Positions 9,503-17,445 of a stretch of 64,000 bases of DNA are shown piece by piece; position 1 is the first letter of the stretch, and every line of letters starts with the position of its first letter. The notes under the pieces are model-generated. The model ran no database searches. It was given only the letters and a program-made list of their open reading frames with translations, and was not told the DNA's origin. This DNA is from Methylotenera sp. (GTDB taxonomy: Bacteria; Pseudomonadota; Gammaproteobacteria; Burkholderiales; Methylophilaceae): assembly GCA_044222005.1 (NCBI GenBank), contig JBGANY010000002.1, positions 82,426 to 146,425 on the forward strand, written 5' to 3'. The translations under genes were made by a program, and so were the position numbers.

Positions 9503-9945
9503 GCCTGTTTAACCCTTCACGAGACGAGGTGCGCGAGTTCTTTTTTGGCATTTGGGCTAAATTCAAGGCTTCACAAACACTGACTGATTTAGAAAAAATC
9601 GGTTTGGGCGTGATACACATGCACCCCGAATATCACGCCATCCTGGATGCGCCGGCGCAGTTCAAGCACCAGGCCTACTTTCCGGAAATGGGCGAAACCA
9701 ACCCATTTTTGCACATGAGTCTGCACCTGTCCATCCTCGAGCAAATCAGCATCAATCAGCCGATTGGCATTGCTGGCATTTACGAACAATTGAAACTTAA
9801 ACACCAGAACGAACATAATGCCCAGCACGATATTCTAGAATGCCTAGCAGAGGTAATCTGGCAGGCACAGCACAATAACACTGCACTCGATGCCGACTAT
9901 TATGTACAATTGCTACAAGAAATAGCGGGTAACCCATCACAATGA
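9499..9945 (+). CDS. DUF1841-family protein
   Basis: The NPFLHMSLHLSILEQISINQP motif is typical of DUF1841. I prefer the ATG at 9499, which forms an ATGA overlap with the FIST stop. The 3' end forms an ATGA overlap with the sigma-factor start at 9942. Confidence 0.75.
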   Translation: MSLFNPSRDEVREFFFGIWAKFKASQTLTDLEKIGLGVIHMHPEYHAILDAPAQFKHQAYFPEMGETNPFLHMSLHLSILEQISINQPIGIAGIYEQLKLKHQNEHNAQHDILECLAEVIWQAQHNNTALDADYYVQLLQEIAGNPSQ

Positions 9946-10496
9946 CGACAGCGAATGTGCATGACTGGCTTAACGATCACGGTGACTTTCTGTATCGATT
10001 TGCGCTCGCGCGTCTGCGCGACCCGCATCTGGCGGAAGATGTGGTGCAAGAGACGTTCCTTGCCGCAATCAAATCGCCTAGCTTTGCGGAGCAATCTGCG
10101 CCGCGCACCTGGCTGACAGGCATACTCAAGCACAAAATTATTGATGTCATGCGTAAAAATGTACGCGAAATTGCCGCTTCCGACTTAATGGATGACGAAG
10201 ATGCCAATATGGATGAGTTTTTTGATGAAACTGGGCACTGGGCAGAAAAACCATTGGCTTGGGAGATGCCAGACAACGCGCTTGAGCGGCAGCAATTTTT
10301 GAGTATTCTACAAACCTGTATCGATAAACTGCCTGTTAAATTAGCGCAACTGTTTTTGATGCGCGATGTGCATGATAGGGATAACGAAGAAATCTGTAAG
10401 GAACTGAACATCACCACGACTAATGCCTGGGTGATGCTGTACCGGGCCCGCATGGGATTAAGAAAATGTCTAGAAATCAATTGGCTGGGGGCTTGA
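9942..10496 (+). CDS. ECF (group IV) RNA polymerase sigma factor
   Basis: Sigma-70 region 2 (DVVQETFLAAIK) and region 4 (NEEICKELNITTTNAWVMLYRARMGLRKCL). Confidence 0.9.
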   Translation: MTTANVHDWLNDHGDFLYRFALARLRDPHLAEDVVQETFLAAIKSPSFAEQSAPRTWLTGILKHKIIDVMRKNVREIAASDLMDDEDANMDEFFDETGHWAEKPLAWEMPDNALERQQFLSILQTCIDKLPVKLAQLFLMRDVHDRDNEEICKELNITTTNAWVMLYRARMGLRKCLEINWLGA

Positions 10497-10506
10497 AGGT
10501 TTAACT

Positions 10507-10764
10507 ATGCTGAGTTGCAAACAAGCCAGTCAACTTATTTCACAATCGTTAGATCGGCCATTAACGCTACGTGAACGTTTTGCACTGCAGTTGCATCTAA
10601 TTGTCTGCAAATACTGCAAGCGGTTTAGTCAACATTTGCAAACCTTGCGCGCTGCTATTAGAAGAATGGTTGATTCTATCGAGAATAATGACACTATCAA
10701 AATGCCATCTGCGGCCAAAAAACGCATTGCAGATCAACTTGCAACAAATCGCCCGCAACCATAA
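10507..10764 (+). CDS. Minimal soluble zinc-binding anti-sigma factor (ZAS / zf-HC2)
   Basis: 85 aa with no TM segment. C4 plus H30-x3-C34-x2-C37 form the ZAS ligand pattern. It starts 10 nt after the ECF sigma gene. Confidence 0.8.
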   Translation: MLSCKQASQLISQSLDRPLTLRERFALQLHLIVCKYCKRFSQHLQTLRAAIRRMVDSIENNDTIKMPSAAKKRIADQLATNRPQP

Positions 10765-10793
10765 CCCTTAACTAATCTTAAAAGGAATTATTC

Positions 10794-11153
10794 ATGAAAA
10801 CATCCAATAAAACACTCGCATTGGCCGTTAGCGGCGCATTTGCACTTTCTGTCGGCTCAGCAAGCATTGGCGCGGCAGAAAACCCATTCACAATGAAATC
10901 ACTCTCTAGCGGCTACCAAGTCGCTGAAGCTGATGCCAAAATGAAAGATGGCAAATGCGGAGCAGGTAAATGTGGTGCCAATAAGAAAAAAACCGTGGAA
11001 AAAGAAATGAAAGAAGGCTCTTGCAGTGCAGAGAAAATGAAAGACAAGGAAGGTAACTGCAGCGCTGAAATGAAGGCCAAAGAAGGTAACTGCAGTGCTG
11101 AAATGAAAGGTAAAGAAGGTAATTGCAGCGCTGAAATGAAGTCCAAAAAATAA
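10794..11153 (+). CDS. Sec-exported Cys/Met/Lys-rich repeat peptide; candidate RiPP (metallophore-type) precursor
   Basis: Signal peptide MKTSNKTLALAVSGAFALSVGSASIGA|AE. Then AENPFTMKSLSSGYQVAE, then GKCGAGKCGA, then four EG(S/N)CSAE(K)MK modules. Lies directly upstream of the DUF692 and DUF2063 genes. Confidence 0.75.
   Translation: MKTSNKTLALAVSGAFALSVGSASIGAAENPFTMKSLSSGYQVAEADAKMKDGKCGAGKCGANKKKTVEKEMKEGSCSAEKMKDKEGNCSAEMKAKEGNCSAEMKGKEGNCSAEMKSKK
11010..11144 (+). repeat. In-frame tandem repeat: one 36-bp unit plus three 33-bp units encoding KEG(S/N)CSAE(K)MKx
   Basis: Units at 11010-11045, 11046-11078, 11079-11111 and 11112-11144. The last three differ only at synonymous sites or the final codon (aaggaaggtaactgcagcgctgaaatgaaggcc / aaagaaggtaactgcagtgctgaaatgaaaggt / aaagaaggtaattgcagcgctgaaatgaagtcc). 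Confidence 0.9.
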
Positions 11154-11172
11154 ACATTATCTATCGTTCTAA

Positions 11173-12075
11173 ATGCCGACAATGGCGGACATTAAAGGCG
11201 CAGGTTTGGGGTTAAAGCGCGAGCTGATACCCCAAATCCAAAGCCTACACTCAAATAATACAGGCCAAACACCCTTATTAGCCAATCTCGCTTTTGTAGA
11301 AATCGCCCCAGAAAACTGGATTGGTGCCGGCGGCAAAGCCGCTTCTGACCTGGCCTGGTTCACAGAGCGCTTCCCTATTGTCTGTCACGGCCTCTGTTTA
11401 TCATTGGGTGGGCCAGACCCGCTCAATACTGATTTCTTGAAGCAGGTAAAGCAGTTTCTCGAATCTAACAAGATTCCACTCTATACCGAGCATCTAAGCT
11501 ACTGCAGCGACATTCAGCACGGCAAAGCAGGTTATCTGTACGATCTATTACCCATCCCATTTACCGAAGAGGCCGTGCATTACATAGCCAAGCGCATCCG
11601 CCAAACACAGGACATACTGGGTCAGCGCATTGCGGTGGAAAATGCTTCGTTTTACGTCGCGGCGCCGATTTCAACCTTAGACGAACTCACATTCATTAAA
11701 GCGGTGCTGGAAGAAGCCGACTGCTGGTTACATTTGGATATTAATAATATCTACGTCAACAGCATCAATTTTGGTTTTAATGCCCATGCGTTCTTACGCG
11801 GCATTCCGGGTGAACGCATTGTATACAGCCATGTTGCGGGTCATTTGCGGGTTCAGATGCAGGCTCAGCCGGATTTGCTGGTGGATACGCATGGCGAGAG
11901 TATCATCGACCCGGTATGGGCTTTGCTGGATGAAGCCTATCAATTATTCGGCACCTTCCCGACACTGCTAGAGCGCGATTTGAATATCCCAGCATTGCCT
12001 GAGTTGATCCCTGAAATTGATAAAATTGCAGCATATCAGGCGCGGCATCGTTTGCGACAGACGAGGGTTGCATGA
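11173..12075 (+). CDS. DUF692 / MNIO (multinuclear non-heme iron oxidative) family enzyme; MbnB/HvfB/BufB-like
   Basis: 300 aa, TIM-barrel-type DUF692 sequence (FVEIAPENW..., PIVCHGLCLSLGG, LYTEHLSY, VENASFY, WLHLDINNIYVNS, HVAGH). Confidence 0.9.
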   Translation: MPTMADIKGAGLGLKRELIPQIQSLHSNNTGQTPLLANLAFVEIAPENWIGAGGKAASDLAWFTERFPIVCHGLCLSLGGPDPLNTDFLKQVKQFLESNKIPLYTEHLSYCSDIQHGKAGYLYDLLPIPFTEEAVHYIAKRIRQTQDILGQRIAVENASFYVAAPISTLDELTFIKAVLEEADCWLHLDINNIYVNSINFGFNAHAFLRGIPGERIVYSHVAGHLRVQMQAQPDLLVDTHGESIIDPVWALLDEAYQLFGTFPTLLERDLNIPALPELIPEIDKIAAYQARHRLRQTRVA

Positions 12076-12809
12076 TGCTGGATTTTCAACACTATCAAAT
12101 CGCCTTCACGGCGCACATCCGCAACCCAAAAGCTCATAAAAAACCCGCCGAAGTGCCAGATGCGCGCATGGCGATTTACCGGGAAATTGTGTTCAACAAT
12201 ATATTCAGCTCAGTTTCTGCATGCTTCCCTGTGTGTAAAAACATTCTGGGTATTCGTGCCTGGCGCAAACTTGTAAGGCTGTTTTTTGCACATCACCAAG
12301 CCGACAGCCCCATTTTCAGGGAGATCCCGCAGCAGTTTTTGCAGTTTCTAAATGACGTTAAAGATTTGCCAGCGTATTTACAGCAGCTAGCGCATTACGA
12401 ATGGGTCGAGCTGGCAGTTGGCGTGCAACAGACTGAGGTCACTGAACTAAGCAAAGAAATGGATTTATTGAATGAGCGGCCGATATTAGCGTCAGCTTGC
12501 AGGTTGCTGGAATACGAATACGCAGTGCACAAAATCTCCAAACGCCATATCCCAAACACTCCTGAAAAAACCTATTTGCTGGTTTTTAGAAATAGTGAAC
12601 ATCAAGTTAAGTTTATTGAGTTAAATGCGATGACGTTTCAATTGCTGGACCTGATTCAAAAAAACGAAATGACCGGAAAGCAAGCGCTGTCATGGCTTGC
12701 AAAAGCCATAAACCATCCGGACACTGATGCAATGATTCGATTTGGAACGGGGATTCTGGCTGATCTGGCGAATCAGCAAGCAATTACTGGCAGCATCAAA
12801 ATCAGCTGA
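12072..12809 (+). CDS. DUF2063-family partner protein (HvfC/BufC-like RiPP maturation partner)
   Basis: 245 aa. The N-terminal FQHYQIAFTAHIRNP ... MAIYREIVFNN is typical of DUF2063. ATGA overlap with the DUF692 gene. Confidence 0.85.
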   Translation: MMLDFQHYQIAFTAHIRNPKAHKKPAEVPDARMAIYREIVFNNIFSSVSACFPVCKNILGIRAWRKLVRLFFAHHQADSPIFREIPQQFLQFLNDVKDLPAYLQQLAHYEWVELAVGVQQTEVTELSKEMDLLNERPILASACRLLEYEYAVHKISKRHIPNTPEKTYLLVFRNSEHQVKFIELNAMTFQLLDLIQKNEMTGKQALSWLAKAINHPDTDAMIRFGTGILADLANQQAITGSIKIS

Positions 12810-12987
12810 ATTGCCGCGCTTCGCGCTCGCTCGCCTTGGCCACAACGGCCTGTTTCTGCTGATTGTTCAAATCCCACCACTGTTGGATTTCTTCAATCGT
12901 GCGGTAACAGCCATAGCAATAGCCTGTGTTTTCGTTCATGCTGCACACGCCGATACAAGGTGACTGTATTTCAACTTCGTTTGTCAT
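12802..12987 (-). CDS. DUF1289-family small Cys-rich (putative Fe-S/metal-binding) protein
   Basis: 61 aa with the SPCIGVCSMNENTGYCYGCYRTIEEI motif typical of DUF1289. Its start abuts the secA stop. Its 3' end overlaps the convergent DUF2063 gene by 8 nt. Confidence 0.75.
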   Translation of the reverse strand: MTNEVEIQSPCIGVCSMNENTGYCYGCYRTIEEIQQWWDLNNQQKQAVVAKASEREARQFS

Positions 12988-15726
12988 TTAAGTGAGCGCG
13001 CCATGGCATTGCTTGTATTTCTTGCCGGATCCGCACGGGCACGGATCGTTGCGCCCGACTTTAACGCCTTCGCGCATAACCGGCTTACCACCTGCCAATT
13101 GGGCTTTTTCTTCCTCACTAATATCAGCTGCTGGGTTCGCCAGCGCCTCATCAAAATCCGCATGCTGATATTGCACATTAGCCACTTCCTGTGGTTTTTC
13201 CACCGCTTCCACATCGTCCTGCGTTTTCACTTGTACCAGCATGGTTATTTTAGTGACTTCGCTTTTTACCGTGTTAAGCAAAGCCTCAAACAGCAGGAAC
13301 GCCTCGCGTTTGTATTCCTGTTTTGGGTTCTTTTGCGCATAAGAGCGCAAATGAATGCCCTGGCGCAAATGATCCAACGCTGCCAGATGCTCACGCCAAT
13401 GATTATCGATACTTTGCAGCATCACCGCACGCTCAAACTGGCGCATGGTATTTGCGCTGGCAAGCGCCTCTTTGTCTAAATATGACTTATCAGCTGCCTC
13501 AAAAATACGCTCGCGTAGCGTTTCTTCATGCAGATCCGGATTTTCTTCCAGCCACTTGCCCACCGGCAAGTCCAGGCCGGTTTCTTCTTTAATATCTTTT
13601 TCCAAGCTCGGAATATCCCACTGCTCTTCGACGCTGCCAGGCGGAATATGTGTGGCAATCATGTCGGAAAGCACGTCATAGCGCATTGCACTAATGGTTT
13701 CGCCAATATCGGTCGCCTCCAGCAGCTCGTTGCGCTGTTCGTAAATCACCTTGCGCTGGTCGTTGGAAACGTCATCAAACTCAAGCAGTTGTTTACGAAT
13801 ATCAAAGTTACGGCCTTCCACTTTGCGTTGCGCGTTTTCAATGGCGCGCGTCACCATGGCATGCTCAATCGCCTCGCCTTCCGGCATCTTCAAACGCTCC
13901 ATAATGGCCGAAACACGATCGCCTGAGAATATACGCAGCAATTGATCTTCCAGTGACAGGTAAAAACGGCTGGAGCCCGGATCGCCCTGACGGCCGGAGC
14001 GGCCGCGCAACTGGTTATCGATACGGCGCGACTCATGGCGCTCGGTGCCGATGATATGCAGGCCGCCCGCCGCCACGACTGCAGCATGGCGCTGTTGCCA
14101 TTCCGCTTTAAGCTGCGCAATTTTGCTTTCTTTTTGTGCTTCGCTCAGGCTCTCGTCCATACGCACGGCATGGATGTAGGCTTCCGGATTGCCGCCCAGC
14201 ACAATATCCGTGCCCCGCCCCGCCATATTGGTCGCAATGGTAATCACGCCTGTGCGGCCCGCCTGCGCCACAATATGCGCCTCGCGCTCGTGCTGCTTTG
14301 CATTAAGTACCTGATGCTCCAGCTTGGCTTTCGTGAGCAGAGCAGAAATCAATTCTGAGTTTTCGATCGAGGTCGTACCTACCAGTACTGGCTGGCCGAT
14401 GGCCTGACATTGTTTAATATCCTCGATTACCGCATTATATTTTTCTGCAGCGGTACGATACACTTTGTCCATTGCATCCTTACGTAACATGGCGCGATGT
14501 GTGGGAATGACGACCGTTTCCAGACCATAGATCTGGTTGAATTCATAAGCCTCGGTATCTGCCGTACCCGTCATGCCAGAAAGTTTTTTGTACATGCGGA
14601 AATAATTCTGGAACGTGATAGATGCCAACGTCTGATTCTCTTTTTGAATCGCCACACCTTCTTTGGCTTCCACGGCCTGATGCAAGCCATCGGACCATCT
14701 GCGGCCTGGCATCATGCGGCCAGAGAATTCGTCCACGATAATAATCTCGCCATCGCGCACTACATAATGCTGGTCTTTGTTAAACAGGTTTTGCGCGCGC
14801 AGCGATGCGTATAAATGATGCACCAGGGTAATATTGGCCGGCTCATACAGGCTGGAACCCTCGGTCAACAAGCCGGAGCTGGCCAGAATTTCTTCCGCGC
14901 GCTCATGCCCTGCTTCAGACATGGTTACGGTCTGCGCTTTTTCATCGACCCAGAAATCACCCGGGCCATCTTCTGTGGCCTGCTTAGTCAGCTGAAGCGC
15001 AACCGCATTGATCTGGTTGTATAAATCAATACTATGTTCTGCCTGGCCGGAAATGATCAGCGGCGTGCGCGCTTCGTCGATTAAAATCGAGTCCACCTCA
15101 TCCACCAGCGCATAACTCAGGCCACGCTGCACGCGCTCTTCAGCGGTAAACACCATGTTGTCGCGCAAATAATCAAAGCCGAATTCGTTATTTGTGCCAT
15201 AGGTAATATCGGCGGCGTATGCAAGCAGTTTGGCATCGTGCGGCATTTGCGATAAATTAATGCCCACGCTCAGCCCCAGGAAATTGTAAAGCTTCCCCAT
15301 CCATTCGGCATCACGCTTGGCAAGGTAATCATTCACCGTGACCACATGCACGCCTTTGCCCGTGATCGCGTTCAAATAGACAGGCAGGGTCGCCACCAGC
15401 GTTTTACCTTCGCCTGTGCGCATCTCGGCGATCTTGCCTGCGTTAAGCACCATGCCGCCGATCATCTGCACATCAAAATGACGCATTTCAAGCGCCCGCA
15501 CACTGCCTTCACGCACAACGGCAAAGGCTTCCGGCAACAGCTTTTCCAGGCTTTCGCCCTGTTGGAAACGCTGCTTGAATTCTTCCGTTTTGGCACGCAA
15601 GGCTTCATCGGACAGCGCTTGCATGACAGGTTCTAGCGCATTGATTTCTTTGACTTTCTGGCTGTATTGCTTAATAAGCCTATCGTTACGACTACCGAGA
15701 AATTTTCTGAACAACGTGGATAACAT
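12988..15726 (-). CDS. secA: Preprotein translocase ATPase SecA
   Basis: 912 aa, DEAD-like motor motifs, and a C-terminal zinc finger [14 protein letters not shown]. Confidence 0.97.
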   Translation of the reverse strand: MLSTLFRKFLGSRNDRLIKQYSQKVKEINALEPVMQALSDEALRAKTEEFKQRFQQGESLEKLLPEAFAVVREGSVRALEMRHFDVQMIGGMVLNAGKIAEMRTGEGKTLVATLPVYLNAITGKGVHVVTVNDYLAKRDAEWMGKLYNFLGLSVGINLSQMPHDAKLLAYAADITYGTNNEFGFDYLRDNMVFTAEERVQRGLSYALVDEVDSILIDEARTPLIISGQAEHSIDLYNQINAVALQLTKQATEDGPGDFWVDEKAQTVTMSEAGHERAEEILASSGLLTEGSSLYEPANITLVHHLYASLRAQNLFNKDQHYVVRDGEIIIVDEFSGRMMPGRRWSDGLHQAVEAKEGVAIQKENQTLASITFQNYFRMYKKLSGMTGTADTEAYEFNQIYGLETVVIPTHRAMLRKDAMDKVYRTAAEKYNAVIEDIKQCQAIGQPVLVGTTSIENSELISALLTKAKLEHQVLNAKQHEREAHIVAQAGRTGVITIATNMAGRGTDIVLGGNPEAYIHAVRMDESLSEAQKESKIAQLKAEWQQRHAAVVAAGGLHIIGTERHESRRIDNQLRGRSGRQGDPGSSRFYLSLEDQLLRIFSGDRVSAIMERLKMPEGEAIEHAMVTRAIENAQRKVEGRNFDIRKQLLEFDDVSNDQRKVIYEQRNELLEATDIGETISAMRYDVLSDMIATHIPPGSVEEQWDIPSLEKDIKEETGLDLPVGKWLEENPDLHEETLRERIFEAADKSYLDKEALASANTMRQFERAVMLQSIDNHWREHLAALDHLRQGIHLRSYAQKNPKQEYKREAFLLFEALLNTVKSEVTKITMLVQVKTQDDVEAVEKPQEVANVQYQHADFDEALANPAADISEEEKAQLAGGKPVMREGVKVGRNDPCPCGSGKKYKQCHGALT

Positions 15727-15887
15727 GGAATGACACCGATTTTCCGACTTAAGCGGAAACCTCTAATATAGATTGGATGAAAAGATTAGTTTTTTATTGA
15801 TGCTGGTTCTTAATTTAACTCAGTGTTAACTGAGGGCTTTAATTTTTAATTCAAGGGTTGAATATATCTTAAATTATTGTCGATAGA

Positions 15888-16790
15888 TTAATTCTTTAGG
15901 TATCTTCGTGGATCCAAAGCATTTCCATTGAGCCGAATTTCATAATGCAAATGCGGGCCTGTAGAACGTCCGGTGCTACCTACCTCTGCTACCACTTGAC
16001 CCTTAACTACCCGCTCCCCTACATGAACTAATAGTTTAGATGCGTGTGCATAACGCGTTTCTAAACCAGAGCCATGCTCGATTTTGACTATATTACCATA
16101 ATCGGAGGCGTGTTCGGCTGCAGACACAATGCCGTCGGCCGCTGCGCGGATGGGTGTGCCGGTATTTGCCGTAAAATCCAGGCCTTCATGAAACGCTTTG
16201 TTGCCGTTAAAAGGATCAATACGCCAGCCATAGCTGGATGAATTGAAGGCAGCATTGATAGGACTGCTGTTTGGCAACATGTCCTTCAGCACACTTTGCT
16301 GCAAGATTTTGGCCTCAAGGCCGCTTAAAGAGTCATCGCGCGCATCGACCGCCTGCGTCAACTCCAGAATCGCCGCTTGCAGATCCGCTTCTGTCATTGG
16401 ATGTGCATTGATAAGCGGCCCGCCTCTATTGGCTGGCAATAAACTATCAGCCGGCTGTTGATTGGAAGGGGCTGTTCCTTGCTTATCTTTTTCGCCCGCC
16501 AATTTTGCCAGGCGCTGGCTTTGCGCGTCTAAACGCATCATACGCGCCTGTAACTCCCCAAGCTCTTTAGCGTAGGCGTCCAGATGCACTTGCGATGAAA
16601 TAATGGAACTTTTAAGATGTGGTGGCAGCAAGGCTTTCATGCCCTGCTCTTTGATATTGCTTTTAGGGGTGATAAACAACAAAGTGAGCAAGACAGGCAC
16701 CAGCACCAAGGCGGCAACCAACATGCCAGCCTGAAGTACCGACAGGCTCTTGGCCTTTGCCATTTTGTTAGAAACCAGAATTATATTCAT
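15888..16790 (-). CDS. M23-family metallopeptidase (murein endopeptidase/activator-like)
   Basis: N-terminal TM segment, a coiled-coil region, and a C-terminal LytM domain (HEGLDF ... GSTGRSTGPHLHYEI). Confidence 0.85.
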   Translation of the reverse strand: MNIILVSNKMAKAKSLSVLQAGMLVAALVLVPVLLTLLFITPKSNIKEQGMKALLPPHLKSSIISSQVHLDAYAKELGELQARMMRLDAQSQRLAKLAGEKDKQGTAPSNQQPADSLLPANRGGPLINAHPMTEADLQAAILELTQAVDARDDSLSGLEAKILQQSVLKDMLPNSSPINAAFNSSSYGWRIDPFNGNKAFHEGLDFTANTGTPIRAAADGIVSAAEHASDYGNIVKIEHGSGLETRYAHASKLLVHVGERVVKGQVVAEVGSTGRSTGPHLHYEIRLNGNALDPRRYLKN

Positions 16791-16840
16791 AGGATAATAT
16801 TCATTAGGTAATAATTGTCAGTATTCCGATAGAATTCATT

Positions 16841-17281
16841 ATGCGCAAAATTAACACATTGTTTATCGAGAACAGCCAGCTCAACGCGCTGACCGAGAGC
16901 ATACATGCACATCAACTCCCCAGGCTGCTTTGGCAAGCGGCTGCACCAAAAATACTGAGTCAGCAAAGCATTGCCCTCAGCCTGAACAACGGCCAATTAA
17001 CGGTTTACGCTGACAGCGCAATCATCGCCAGCAAAATCAAACTGACACATGCTAGCTTATTGACTCAATTACAAAATATTCAAAAAAACGACCCTTTATT
17101 CGGGGAATGTAAAGTTACTGCAATTGTGGTGAAAGTGCAAGTAAAATCTCGCCCCCAACCTGTCATTAAAACACCGCGAAAGCTATCGACAAACGCTGCA
17201 ACAAGCCTGAAACAATTGGCTCAGGATCTGGGGGATTCCCCTCTCGCACTAAAACTAAACTCCTTGGCCAGCAAAGCCTAG
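16841..17281 (+). CDS. DUF721 / DciA-like protein
   Basis: 146 aa. Size, the LTVYADSAIIASKIKL-type core and a position divergent from the M23-secA unit resemble betaproteobacterial DUF721 genes. The assignment comes from pattern memory only. Confidence 0.5.
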   Translation: MRKINTLFIENSQLNALTESIHAHQLPRLLWQAAAPKILSQQSIALSLNNGQLTVYADSAIIASKIKLTHASLLTQLQNIQKNDPLFGECKVTAIVVKVQVKSRPQPVIKTPRKLSTNAATSLKQLAQDLGDSPLALKLNSLASKA

Positions 17282-17445
17282 AAACAATGTTGCTAGCCCA
17301 TCTGCAATGTGCTGGCGCAAGTTATTGTCGCGCCCGACTATTAATGCCATAATGCTGCACGTTGTTACAAAAATTTACAATTTTTTCAACGCTATTTCAG
17401 TCAATTACGTTTCAGATTTATATCGATAATAAATAGGGAGAAGTC

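Noticed and set aside
10906-11182. Minus-strand ORFs (83 aa and 89 aa) with their own internal repeats opposite the precursor peptide gene.
   Set aside because: Their repeats are simply the antisense reading of the 33-bp tandem units. The plus-strand frame has a signal peptide, an RBS (aaaggaa) and the operon context.
13003-15636. Numerous plus-strand ORFs of 60-158 aa opposite secA.
   Set aside because: All of them are nested antisense within a 912-aa, motif-rich SecA reading frame, and none has a recognisable domain.
15760-15830. The fragment ttggatgaaaag...gttttttattgatg upstream of secA faintly resembles the left end of the repeat family.
   Set aside because: The order and spacing of the matching words differ from copies A-C, and no partner arm is present.
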